NCBI GenBank assembly: GCA_016217975.1
Contig: JACRFH010000010.1
Location: forward strand, 1-57,405
Direction: 5' to 3'
Length of the DNA: 57,405 nucleotides
Source: Candidatus Kaiserbacteria bacterium
GTDB lineage: Bacteria; Patescibacteriota; Minisyncoccia; Phycocordibacterales; UBA2100
A program made the translations under genes and the position numbers. Of this stretch, positions 17,155 to 26,687 are shown in pieces. The notes beneath the pieces were generated by a model. The model was not told the origin of the DNA. It saw only the letters and a program-made list of their open reading frames with translations, and made no database searches. Position 1 is the first letter of the stretch. Each line of letters opens with the position of its first letter.

Positions 17155-18207
17155 ATGAAGATATGCATGCTTGTGCCGGAGCTGGATACCACCGGCGGAG
17201 GTGGCCGATTTGCCGTCAATCTTTCGGAAGGACTGCGACGCGCGGGGCATGAAGTCGAAGTGCTGAGCTACAAAGAAGGGTTCTGGCGTTTCGTGAAGAA
17301 AGCGAGGGCCTCTGCCAAACACGCCGACATTGTACACGCGTTTGATATAAATCCGCTTGGTATTGCTGGATATCTTGCGACTCGATTCACAAAGGCGAAG
17401 CTTATTATCACTGCACAGGGTACCTATGCAGTGGCGCCTCTCTACAGCCGCAAGATGACCTCGCTCTCGAAAGTCATATATCGAGCGGCCGATGCGGTGG
17501 TTGCAATCAGCCGCTATACCGCGAGTGAGATCAGAAAGAAAGTCCCCAGTCTCCAGATGACCATTATCGATCCGGGGATCGATATGTCGAAATTCGTGGC
17601 GACAAACGCTCCGGCAGAACGCACGTCTTCTCCGCTTCTCATGATCGGCGTCGGCTCCGTGAAAGCTCGGAAGGGGTACGATGTGACTCTGCGCGCATTT
17701 GTACTCGCGAAGAAAGATATTCCGAATCTACGCTACGCGATTGTGGGGACGCATACTGACGAGCCGGGCTACGCGCATATGCTCATCGAGCTCGCGCGCG
17801 AGCTTGGCGTAGAAAAAGACGTCGATTTCCTCACGAAAGTATCAGATGCCGAACTGAACGCTCTCTACGATCGGGCATCACTCTTTATCCTAACATCAGT
17901 AAACGAGAGCTTTCATTTCGAAGGGTTCGGCATGGTGTTCCTCGAGGCGGCGGCCCACGGCTTACCAACGATAGGGACGTCGGGGAATGGCATTGCAGAC
18001 GCGATCGAGGACGGCAAGACCGGTATTCTTGTTCCTCAGAGAGACGTGGAAGCGACCGCGAAAGCAATCGTGATGCTTTTTACCGATCAGAATCTTGCCA
18101 TGCAGATGGGCGCGCGAGGGCATACGTTTGCCGCCGACCACGATCAGAAGCATATCGCAAGACGGTATGGAGAGGTGTATCAGGGTGCGGTTTCTCATGA
18201 GCGGTGA
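17155..18207 (+). CDS. glycosyltransferase family 4
   Basis: ESFHFEGFGMVFLEAAAHGLPTIGTSGNGIADAIEDGKTGILV (EX7E). Confidence 0.8.
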   Translation: MKICMLVPELDTTGGGGRFAVNLSEGLRRAGHEVEVLSYKEGFWRFVKKARASAKHADIVHAFDINPLGIAGYLATRFTKAKLIITAQGTYAVAPLYSRKMTSLSKVIYRAADAVVAISRYTASEIRKKVPSLQMTIIDPGIDMSKFVATNAPAERTSSPLLMIGVGSVKARKGYDVTLRAFVLAKKDIPNLRYAIVGTHTDEPGYAHMLIELARELGVEKDVDFLTKVSDAELNALYDRASLFILTSVNESFHFEGFGMVFLEAAAHGLPTIGTSGNGIADAIEDGKTGILVPQRDVEATAKAIVMLFTDQNLAMQMGARGHTFAADHDQKHIARRYGEVYQGAVSHER

Positions 18208-18248
18208 TATATTTCACCAATCTGCCTGTCAGGCAAATACCATTACGT

Positions 18249-19037
18249 ATGAAACTTCCCAGTATTTCTATCGCGCTTATAGCCAAGAATGAGGCCCATA
18301 ATCTCGATGGTTTTTTTGAATCTATTGCGCCTATCGCGGACGAACTCGTGGTAGCGTTTACTCCCTCGACTGACGACACCCTCAAAAAATTGGAGGAATG
18401 GAAGAAAAAAGTTCCATACCCCGTCGTCATTTTTGAGTACGCGGATAAGCCATTCCATTTCGGGAAGTCACGTAATGAGACGATAAAACGTGCGACCAAA
18501 GACTTTGTGTTTATGCTGGATGCCGATGAGCGACCTTCTGCAGATATGTGTGCTCGCATTAAGACGTTTCTTGCAGAGAGAAATCCGCATGCGGTCATCA
18601 TGCAGCGGGAGGACGATATGACGCCGCACCTCGTTGACCCGCAAACGAGAATTATTCGCAATCATGAAGGATTGCAGTATGCAATCGACACGGAAGGACA
18701 ATTACATGAGCATCTCGATCTCCCCGCACCTGCAGTCTGGTTCGACGGAGTTATTTTGCATAAACAAGGAGAAAGCCACTGGATCCACGATCACGACCGT
18801 TTCTTTATATTGCTCGCGCGAGAAGTTGCGCGGGCAGAGAATACGCGCGGCCTTGCTCGAGAGTTCTTGCGGGCGTTTGCGAGTTTCTTCTACAAATTCC
18901 GTAAAGAGTATTTTCGGAAGAAAACGTATCTCGACGGCAAGAAAGGATTAAAATACTCATTTCTGCGCGGCCTCCACTCGTTTCTTTTCCATATTTTTGT
19001 GGGGCTCAAGCCCCGCGTTCACAAAAATGCCCGGTAG
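18249..19037 (+). CDS. glycosyltransferase family 2
   Basis: ISIALIAKNEAHNLDGFFESI and FMLDADE (DxD). GTG 18204 (GTGA overlap with the upstream stop) is an alternative start. The stop codon lies inside the left arm of the 19030 element. Confidence 0.7.
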   Translation: MKLPSISIALIAKNEAHNLDGFFESIAPIADELVVAFTPSTDDTLKKLEEWKKKVPYPVVIFEYADKPFHFGKSRNETIKRATKDFVFMLDADERPSADMCARIKTFLAERNPHAVIMQREDDMTPHLVDPQTRIIRNHEGLQYAIDTEGQLHEHLDLPAPAVWFDGVILHKQGESHWIHDHDRFFILLAREVARAENTRGLAREFLRAFASFFYKFRKEYFRKKTYLDGKKGLKYSFLRGLHSFLFHIFVGLKPRVHKNAR

Positions 19038-19162
19038 GACAATTTGGCATAGCCTTGTTGGGGGGGTGTTCAACGAAGTCATGAAATCAGAAGTAATCAA
19101 CATAAAACAACGTTGGTCGCGATTAACGACGGCAGAAACCATGCCAAATTGTACTAACCGGG
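19030..19162. repeat. 133-bp element with terminal inverted repeats, copy 2
   Basis: Left end CCCGGTAGGACAATTTGGCAT, right end ATGCCAAATTGTACTAACCGGG. It abuts the ATG at 19164. Confidence 0.75.
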
Positions 19163-19163
19163 T

Positions 19164-19877
19164 ATGCTCACGATAACCACTAGCTGGGATGACGGCGACG
19201 TATTGGACAAACGGATTGCTGCGCTTCTCGAAAAGCATGGGATGACGGGCACTTTTTATATTCCGCACGACTATTGGGGCAAGCGACTTTCGGACGATGC
19301 GATTCGCACGCTCGGGAATCGTCATGAGGTCGGCGCGCATACGTTCACGCATGCAGACTTGTCAGCGATCTCGCTCGATAAATCAAAAGAAGAAATCGAG
19401 GGCAGCAAAAGATGGCTCGAAGATGTCTGCGGGAAGAAGATAGATGTGTTTTGCTATCCAAAAGGTAGATACACACCCGCAGTGCGCGATCTTGTCCAAG
19501 GCGCGGGATACAAAGGCGCACGGACGACGAAGCAATTCTCGCTCGAACGAGGACCAGCATTTGAAATGGAAACCACCGTGCATGTATATCCATTTCCTCT
19601 TCGCCCCGATGCCGGGTTTCGGAAGATGTTTATGCCGTTTCAAGAAAAGTACGCGGGATTCCGCTCGCTCGGCGCATCAATCTTTGATTGCTGGAGTTGG
19701 GAATCAGTCACAGTGGCCGCGTTTGACGCGGCTCTTGAAAAAGGCGGCGTCTTCCATCTCTGGGGCCATTCGTGGGAAGTTGAGAAATATCATATGTGGG
19801 AATCCTTGGAGCGCGTATTTGTGCATGTGGGCAACAGATCCGATTGCCGTTACGTGACGAACGGCGAACTGGTGTGA
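19164..19877 (+). CDS. polysaccharide deacetylase (CE4/NodB-like)
   Basis: LTITTSWDDGDVLD, GMTGTFYIP and HEVGAHTFTHADL. Confidence 0.75.
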   Translation: MLTITTSWDDGDVLDKRIAALLEKHGMTGTFYIPHDYWGKRLSDDAIRTLGNRHEVGAHTFTHADLSAISLDKSKEEIEGSKRWLEDVCGKKIDVFCYPKGRYTPAVRDLVQGAGYKGARTTKQFSLERGPAFEMETTVHVYPFPLRPDAGFRKMFMPFQEKYAGFRSLGASIFDCWSWESVTVAAFDAALEKGGVFHLWGHSWEVEKYHMWESLERVFVHVGNRSDCRYVTNGELV

Positions 19878-19884
19878 CTATGTT

Positions 19885-19902
19885 CTTATTCGCGCGAATA
19901 AG
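19885..19902. terminator. 18-bp perfect palindrome between convergent genes
   Basis: CTTATTCGCGCGAATAAG. It is positioned between the 3' ends of 19164-19877 (+) and 19914-20126 (-). Confidence 0.4.
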
Positions 19903-19913
19903 CAAATAAGGAT

Positions 19914-20126
19914 TCAATCGAATTTGTTGCGCAATTCTTTGAGCGAGGAAATCTCTCGCGTTTGTCCTGCTACCAAGTCTTTCTCGGCACGATTCACGCT
20001 CGCCAAGAAGTCAGTGCTAAAGAAGCCCAGCACTGATGCCAGTGTCTCGAATTGGTTGGCGTCGAGCTCGACGAGCACTTTCCGCGCCCGTGCAGGAGCC
20101 TTTATGGTGATGGCTAACTGGCGCAT
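19914..20126 (-). CDS. small hypothetical protein (antitoxin-sized, no partner seen)
   Basis: 70-aa ORF and the only minus-strand ORF here that does not shadow a + gene. No family recognised. Confidence 0.3.
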   Translation of the reverse strand: MRQLAITIKAPARARKVLVELDANQFETLASVLGFFSTDFLASVNRAEKDLVAGQTREISSLKELRNKFD

Positions 20127-20188
20127 GCGGCGATTATACTACAATACTGATTTTCCACACAATTTGCATTCTTGCGCTCGATGCTAGA

Positions 20189-20873
20189 ATGTTGGCAATG
20201 AAGCCATCTTTGCAAAATGAGAAAGAGTTTTCCAAGAACGTCTCGCTGTACGAAGTAGACTACTGGCGTCCCGACGAAGAAGAAGCGGTCAAGTTTCTCA
20301 AACCTGGAAAATTGCTGATTGGTGGAGTAGGGGCTGGTCGGACAGTAGGACATCTCCTCAAAAAAGGATTCGAAGTTAGCGCCGTCGACATATCACCGAA
20401 AATGGTAGAAAAGTGCAAGGAACTCTGGCCGAATGTCGAGGTAAAGGTCATGGACTTGCTGAGAACTTCGTACGGGGGGGGGTACATTTGACTCAATATT
20501 TCTGCCATTCCACACACTTGCATATGTCGACGATCTCGATTTGACCTTGCGAGAAATGAGCCGGATTTTGAAACCCCGTGGGACATTGCTGTTCTCTATT
20601 CCGAATTATTGGTTTATCAATTCCATCCTGCACGGTGATATTCTAAAGGGCAAAAGACATTTTACCAGTATCAAGAAGGGCGCGGGGGATACACTTTCTA
20701 CGATTCACCTCTCAATGTCGGATCGCCGCCGGGTCGGGAAAGTCTTTCCATATGTGAAAGTGCGCGGGCGCGTTGCATTGCAACATTTAAATAAACCGAA
20801 CTGGAAAGATAAGGTGTTGGCCTTGGTGCCCTTTATCGACAAGACGCTGTACTTCTTTTGTCGTAAAGCGTAG
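20189..20873 (+). pseudogene. class I SAM-dependent methyltransferase split by a G9 tract
   Basis: ORF 20189-20491 carries LLIGGVGAGRTVGHLLKKGFEVSAVDISPKMV (motif I). The next frame, read from the G tract, gives TFDSIFLPFHTLAYVDDLDLTLREMSRILKPRGTLLFSIPN (motifs II-III). The frames meet at GGGGGGGGG 20474-20482. Confidence 0.7.
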
Positions 20874-20931
20874 GCGCACCTTACCGCCCACACGTTTTGA
20901 GGTAGGAGTAAAACGGGCTATTCTTTCTTTA

Positions 20932-22170
20932 ATGAGAGTCGTGATTCTTCAAGATGATTTTCCGCCGAACAGCTTTGGAGGTGCGGGTGTTGTTGCGCTC
21001 AATGCTGCGCAAGAATTGCAAAAACGAGGGCATGATGTACTCGTAATCACGACTGTCCGCAAGGGCAATGGTGGCGAGACATCATATCAAGGTGTGCGCG
21101 TGCGAACGATTGTGAGCCACTATCCACTTCGATTCCAGGCGTATGTGAGTCTCTGGAATACTCCGGTTGTAAGAAAAGTGGAGCGGATCTTGCAGGAATT
21201 CAAGCCTGATGTCGTCCACGCTCACAACGTGCACGGATATTTATCGTGGTGGTCGCTCGTCGTCGCAAAGAAGCTCGGGGCTCGAGTAATTCTCACCTGC
21301 CACGATGTAATCAGCTTCAACTACACCAAACTCGTTGATTTCATAGATCCAAAAGACCTCTCTGTGCCGAGGGAATTCAATTATCGCGTAAGCGCATGGC
21401 GTCAATTACTCTCGAGTCGTTTTCGCTACAACCCTTTTCGCAATATCGTCATTAGATATATCTTGCGCAAGTACGTCGATACGATATTGCCCGTAAGCTC
21501 CGCGCTTTCTGACGCGCTGAAGGACAATGGAATAAAAGCGACTGCGGTCGTACACAACGGCATTGATGCGGATTCTTGGAAAGAATCGTCGGAAAGTGTT
21601 TCAGGGTTTAAACAGAAGCACGGGCTAGGAGATTCTGTAATTCTTTTTGGTGGTCGCCTCACTGCGGTCAAAGGTGGAGAGAAACTTCTCGAAGCTCTCT
21701 CGATCGTTCGCAAAGAGGTTCCGGACATACAACTTCTTGTTGTCGGGAAGAAGGATGCATACGCCGAGCGCTTGCTTGCGAAAGCGGCTGATTCAGGCTT
21801 GAAGGGCAAGGTCATCTTTACTGATTGGATCACGGGGAGCGAATTGCATCAGGCGTATTACGCATCAGCGCTGGTCGCAGTGCCATCGCTCTGTTTTGAT
21901 TCGTTTCCTACGATGAATTTGGAGGCTTTCGCCTGCGCAAAACCTGTTGTCGCTACGTGTTTTGGTGGCTCTCGTGAGATTATCGATGACGGTATTTCCG
22001 GCTACATCGTTAACCCCTACGATGTGGAAACGATGGCGCAAAAGATCACTAAAATCTTGAGTGATGCGGCAATGCGCAGCAGATTTGGGGAGGCCGGGCA
22101 TGCGCGTGCAGTCAGAGATTTCACGCTTACAAAACAAGCAGAGCTTTTTGAACATCACTACAAAAACTGA
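20932..22170 (+). CDS. glycosyltransferase family 4
   Basis: MRVVILQDDFPPNSFGGAGVVALNAAQEL N-terminus and C-terminal FDSFPTMNLEAFACAKPVVATCFGGSREIIDDGISGYIV. Confidence 0.8.
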   Translation: MRVVILQDDFPPNSFGGAGVVALNAAQELQKRGHDVLVITTVRKGNGGETSYQGVRVRTIVSHYPLRFQAYVSLWNTPVVRKVERILQEFKPDVVHAHNVHGYLSWWSLVVAKKLGARVILTCHDVISFNYTKLVDFIDPKDLSVPREFNYRVSAWRQLLSSRFRYNPFRNIVIRYILRKYVDTILPVSSALSDALKDNGIKATAVVHNGIDADSWKESSESVSGFKQKHGLGDSVILFGGRLTAVKGGEKLLEALSIVRKEVPDIQLLVVGKKDAYAERLLAKAADSGLKGKVIFTDWITGSELHQAYYASALVAVPSLCFDSFPTMNLEAFACAKPVVATCFGGSREIIDDGISGYIVNPYDVETMAQKITKILSDAAMRSRFGEAGHARAVRDFTLTKQAELFEHHYKN

Positions 22171-22184
22171 TAGGCTCGCTTTGT

Positions 22185-23354
22185 ATGCTTACAATCTTCG
22201 CCAACATGCTCATAAATAGTACTGAGCGGCTGGAGCACCTCAAGGATTCTTTTGAATCATTTGCGGACACAAGCGATGACTGGCTTATTAATATTCGCGG
22301 CAAGAAGCGCGAGGAGACTATTGCCTTCTTGAAATCACGTCTCGGAAACAAGGCGACTTTCTTTGAGCTTCTCGACGATTCGCGGGGATGGAGCCGAAAT
22401 TCGCTGGACATGCTCGCACATGCCAAACATTCCCATGTCTTTGTATGGCTAGAGGATCATATGAATATCGCTCCGCAAAAGTACATGCGCGACGTTGTCG
22501 CCGAAATGGCCGAACGATCGGTCGACTATCTACAATATTCTTGGTGGCAGAACGGCAAATTTACACGACAGTTTGAAGTACTCCCGCTCACGAGAGGTAG
22601 AACAATTGATAGCATCTTTATCGATCGGGCGACGTGGCGCACGATGCTCAAGGCTGGGAACAAACCGCATCTCGTGTCGCTTCTTGGCATATTCAAGAAA
22701 GAATTCTTGCAGAAGCTTCTCCGTCGAGATCTGCACATGTTCCCGGCTCTTTTTACAAAGATGCTCTATCGCGCAATGACTCTGCTACAACGTTTCGGAT
22801 TGCGATTCGAACAAAAGATATGGTTTGGCCGTATAAATCGCATGAGTGGTTTTAGATTTCGACCATTCTCTACGTATGAAGCGCCGCACGACATCGAGAA
22901 ACCTTATTTTCGGTTCGACATTCTCCCAATACGAATTGCTCTTTTGCATCAGGAAATGTTTGTCTGCATGGACGACGACGATGACCCGAATGATCCATAT
23001 GCGCTCATGACGCGGGGGCTGTATCCGATTCGGGATCTTCTTGTGTCTTGGAATCCGCAGCCGCTTTCCAAGTATGTCTCCGAGACGAGGGCCCTCACGG
23101 CGGGTACAAGCACAGCGGAAGCATATTGCTATTACAGCGCCAAGGGCGTGCGTCATGTCCTATCTCGAGAGCACATCAGCGTCATTCGCGGAAAAATCCG
23201 GGTTACAGTCAAGTCACAGCATCTTGAATTATCGGCCGGACAGGGGGCATCGGTGTTCACGAATATCCGGCATGAAATTCTGGCTCTTGAGGATTCGGAG
23301 ATTGTGAGATTCACGCCGGATCTTGGCCTTGCTCCGCACTATATCGTGCAGTAG
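22185..23354 (+). CDS. hypothetical protein (possible GT-A-like N-terminal half, cupin-like C-terminus)
   Basis: 389-aa ORF in the operon. VFVWLEDH could be a degenerate DxD. The C-terminal IRGKIRVTVKSQHLELSAGQGASVF looks like beta-barrel. The assignment is weak. Confidence 0.45.
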   Translation: MLTIFANMLINSTERLEHLKDSFESFADTSDDWLINIRGKKREETIAFLKSRLGNKATFFELLDDSRGWSRNSLDMLAHAKHSHVFVWLEDHMNIAPQKYMRDVVAEMAERSVDYLQYSWWQNGKFTRQFEVLPLTRGRTIDSIFIDRATWRTMLKAGNKPHLVSLLGIFKKEFLQKLLRRDLHMFPALFTKMLYRAMTLLQRFGLRFEQKIWFGRINRMSGFRFRPFSTYEAPHDIEKPYFRFDILPIRIALLHQEMFVCMDDDDDPNDPYALMTRGLYPIRDLLVSWNPQPLSKYVSETRALTAGTSTAEAYCYYSAKGVRHVLSREHISVIRGKIRVTVKSQHLELSAGQGASVFTNIRHEILALEDSEIVRFTPDLGLAPHYIVQ

Positions 23355-23365
23355 CATGGATCTCA

Positions 23366-24970
23366 ATGACTTCACGAAAGTCCCGAAAACCCGGGAAATA
23401 CAAGGTATGCATTCTTGCGGCAGGCGTCGGGTCGCAGATGGGCGAATTTGCCGAGAATATCAACAAGGCGGTCCTTCCTGTCAACAATAAAGCCGTTATT
23501 TCCTACATCGTCGAGAAGTTCCCTAAAAGCACAGAATTTGTTATAGCCGTGGGACACAAAAAAGAAACAGTCACCGACTATCTTTCCCTCGCACATCCCG
23601 AGCGGAAATTCAAATTCGTCACGATTGACAAATACTCGGGGCCGGGAACTGGCCCGGGCTACAGCATTCTCAAATGCGAGAAGTATCTCAAATCGCCGTT
23701 TATCTTTTTTACCGCCGATACGATGGTTCTGGAAGACATTCCGGCGCCGGAGAGCAACTGGATGGGCATCGCGCCGGTAAAAGAGACAGAGAGATATTGC
23801 ACGGTCAAGCTCAAGAACAATCTCATCTACCAACTTGATGACAAAATAAAGACCGACAACAAATTTGCATTCATCGGGCTTGCCGGTATCAAGGATTACG
23901 GGGATTTCTTCGCCGCGCTAAAGAAAGAGCGGGAGAGTACCAAGGGCGAAGTGCAGGTCGTTGCAGGATTCAAAGGCCTCATAGAAAAGAAACTGACGGC
24001 TATTGGCTTTACCTGGTTTGACACGGGGAGTCTCAAGGGCTATAGCGAAACCAACAAAAATTTTTCTGGGGGCGAGAAGAAGTTTGACTTCAGCAAGGGC
24101 GATGAATTCTTGTATTTTGTGAATGGTCGGGCCATCAAATTCTTTGTCGATAGCGCGATTGCGCACAATCGATTCGAGCGCGCAAAGAAATATCTCAAGG
24201 GCCTCGCGCCCAAAATGGAAGCGAAAAAGGGCGGATTCTATGCGTACAAAATGGTTCCGGGACAGACGATTTACAATACACTCTCGCGCGGAATGGTCCG
24301 TGATTTTCTTGCGTGGGCCAGGAAGCATTTATGGAAACCAGTCACATTGAATGCCGATCAGAAGAAGAAGTTTGATGCTGCGAGCCTTGATTTCTACAAG
24401 CACAAGACTCTCAAGCGAGTAGAGGCGTTTGCGAAAAAGACGGGTATGAAAAAAGAGCGGACAACGGTAAACGGCGTCGAGGTTCCGACCACGGCGGAAT
24501 TACTCAAAAGGGTAGATTGGAACACTATCTCACGCGCGATGCCGTCACTTTTTCATGGCGATCTGCAGTTTGATAACGTGCTTTCCCTCGACAAGAAAAA
24601 TAAAGATCACCCATTTATGCTTTTGGATTGGCGTCAGGATTTTGGCGGGCTGATCTCGGTGGGGGATCTGTATTACGACCTTGCAAAACTCTACGGTGGC
24701 ACGATCATCTCGTATCCGCTGATAAAGGACGGCATGTTTACCGTATCAATGAACGATACATCTGCGGACTACAAATATTTCATAAAGAGCGATTCGATAG
24801 ATGCGCGCGAGGAACTTGAAGATTTCATCCTGAAAAATGGGTATGATCTCAAAAAGATACAAACGCTCACCGCGCTTATCTTTCTCAACATGGCGCCGCT
24901 CCATAACGAACCTTTCGATCTTCTCCTGCATCACATGGGGCGATCAATGCTTCATAAGGCACTTGGCTGA
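23366..24970 (+). CDS. fusion of a sugar-phosphate nucleotidyltransferase (N-terminal) and an APH/choline-kinase-fold kinase (C-terminal)
   Basis: N-terminal CILAAGVGSQMG...NKAVLPV is the NTP-transferase signature. C-terminal FHGDLQFDNVL plus LLDWRQDFGG is the HxDxxxxN catalytic loop and D-motif of the APH/choline kinase fold. Confidence 0.7.
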   Translation: MTSRKSRKPGKYKVCILAAGVGSQMGEFAENINKAVLPVNNKAVISYIVEKFPKSTEFVIAVGHKKETVTDYLSLAHPERKFKFVTIDKYSGPGTGPGYSILKCEKYLKSPFIFFTADTMVLEDIPAPESNWMGIAPVKETERYCTVKLKNNLIYQLDDKIKTDNKFAFIGLAGIKDYGDFFAALKKERESTKGEVQVVAGFKGLIEKKLTAIGFTWFDTGSLKGYSETNKNFSGGEKKFDFSKGDEFLYFVNGRAIKFFVDSAIAHNRFERAKKYLKGLAPKMEAKKGGFYAYKMVPGQTIYNTLSRGMVRDFLAWARKHLWKPVTLNADQKKKFDAASLDFYKHKTLKRVEAFAKKTGMKKERTTVNGVEVPTTAELLKRVDWNTISRAMPSLFHGDLQFDNVLSLDKKNKDHPFMLLDWRQDFGGLISVGDLYYDLAKLYGGTIISYPLIKDGMFTVSMNDTSADYKYFIKSDSIDAREELEDFILKNGYDLKKIQTLTALIFLNMAPLHNEPFDLLLHHMGRSMLHKALG

Positions 24971-24971
24971 T

Positions 24972-25979
24972 ATGGCACATCGATTCAACGCGAAACTTGC
25001 CATCGGCCCGATGAGCTCAGAAACTATCGAGGCGACGTTTCGCTATTCGAATTTCTATCGAAAGGAATTGATGCTCATTTCGACCAAGAACCAGATCGAC
25101 TGGAATGGCGGCTATGTGAATGGGTGGACCACAAAGGAGTACATGGACTATGTACAAGAGATGCGCGCGTGCTACCCACAAGCAAAAGTCGCTATATGTC
25201 GCGACCATTGTGGCCCGGGATTCAATGGAAACCATGATATCAAGGATGTCTACAAAACGATCGAGGCAGATATCAAGACAGGGTTTGATCTTATGCATAT
25301 AGACTTCTGTCATTTCAAAGGAACGAAAGACGAACAGTTTGCAGCTTCTAAAAAAGCGGTGCAGCTCTGTCTGAAGCTCAATCCAAAGATCCGGATCGAG
25401 ATCGGAACCGACGAAAATGCAGGCATCAATTACGGACTCCCGAACATTTCCGAAATCGAGCGTGAGATTAATTTCTTTACCAGCTTTTGCGATCCGGAAT
25501 TCTATGTGGTGCAGACCGGGAGTCTCGTCATGGAAATAAACCAAGTCGGTTCGTTCAATAGACCATTTGTAGAGAAAATTTACACGTTGCTGCAAGAAAA
25601 GGGGCTCAAGATGAAAGAGCACAACGCCGACTATTTACCGAAAGCTGCTATAGCGGAGCGTGACGGAATTGTCGATACACAGAATATCGCGCCGCAGCTC
25701 GGCGTTATTCAGACGCAGCACGTACTTACCAAGTGCCTCATCTATGGCGTTGATCCGACCGAATTCTTAGATACGGTCTATGCGGGCGGGAAGTGGAAGA
25801 AGTGGATGCGCGACAACACGAAAGAGAACAAAATGCTCTGTTCCGTTATCGCCGGGCACTATCACTTTGCCTCGGATGCATACAAAAGACTCGTCGCGGA
25901 ACTTGGTAAGCATGAAGACATTAGTGAGAGTATAATGACGCAACTGGGTGAGGTGATACATCACTATGTTGGAGAATAA
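24972..25979 (+). CDS. GatZ/KbaZ-like (tagatose-bisphosphate aldolase family) TIM-barrel protein
   Basis: Internal ATG at 24972. MLISTKNQIDWNGGYVNGWTTKEY resembles the GatZ/KbaZ block xEATxNQVNQxGGYTGMTPxDF. Confidence 0.5.
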   Translation: MAHRFNAKLAIGPMSSETIEATFRYSNFYRKELMLISTKNQIDWNGGYVNGWTTKEYMDYVQEMRACYPQAKVAICRDHCGPGFNGNHDIKDVYKTIEADIKTGFDLMHIDFCHFKGTKDEQFAASKKAVQLCLKLNPKIRIEIGTDENAGINYGLPNISEIEREINFFTSFCDPEFYVVQTGSLVMEINQVGSFNRPFVEKIYTLLQEKGLKMKEHNADYLPKAAIAERDGIVDTQNIAPQLGVIQTQHVLTKCLIYGVDPTEFLDTVYAGGKWKKWMRDNTKENKMLCSVIAGHYHFASDAYKRLVAELGKHEDISESIMTQLGEVIHHYVGE

Positions 25980-26682
25980 AACGATACTCATTACGGGCTC
26001 ATCGCGCGGCATCGGCGCCGCAACAGCGCGACTCGCCGTCGCATATGGCGGCAATGTAATTCTTCATGGCAAGGACGATTCTGCGGAATTGAGAAGTCTA
26101 GCCAAGGAACTCGACGCCGAATATGTTTTCTTTGACGTTGGGAATGAGGCTGCAGTCGAAAAAGGAATTAAAAAGCTTGGGTCAATTGATATCTTGGTCA
26201 ATAACGTTGGCATCAGCATCTCGAAGCCGTTCTTGGAGCTCACAAACAAAGACTGGGATGACACATTGTCTACCAATGTCATGGGAGTGGTGAATGTCTC
26301 CAAGACGGTTATACCAGGGATGTTGGAGAGAAAGAGCGGCACGATTATCAATACTTCCTCGATAAAGGGATATCCCCATACGGCCGGGCGCGCAGCCTTT
26401 GCTGCTTCAAAAGCAGCGCTCATTACGCTTACCGCAAGTATGGCAAAAGAATTTGCGCCCAATATTCGCGTTAACGCCATCGCACCCGGATTTACAGAAA
26501 CGGCAACAACCAAAGATGCCTGGACCGAGAGGATCTACAAGCAGATACGTAGCACGCCGCTCGGAAGAGCCGCAAAGCCCGAAGAGATTGCCGAAGTAAT
26601 TCTCTTCCTTGCAAGTGATAAGGCGAGTTTCATCACCGGAGAGACTCTGGTCGTCGACGGCGGATATAGCATCGCTGGCTGA
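25966..26682 (+). CDS. SDR-family oxidoreductase (FabG-like)
   Basis: ILITGSSRGIGAATARL, NNVG, SSIKGYPHTAGRAAFAASKAAL (S...YxxxK-equivalent) and PEEIAEVILFLASD. Confidence 0.8.
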   Translation: MLENKTILITGSSRGIGAATARLAVAYGGNVILHGKDDSAELRSLAKELDAEYVFFDVGNEAAVEKGIKKLGSIDILVNNVGISISKPFLELTNKDWDDTLSTNVMGVVNVSKTVIPGMLERKSGTIINTSSIKGYPHTAGRAAFAASKAALITLTASMAKEFAPNIRVNAIAPGFTETATTKDAWTERIYKQIRSTPLGRAAKPEEIAEVILFLASDKASFITGETLVVDGGYSIAG

Positions 26683-26687
26683 TACGT

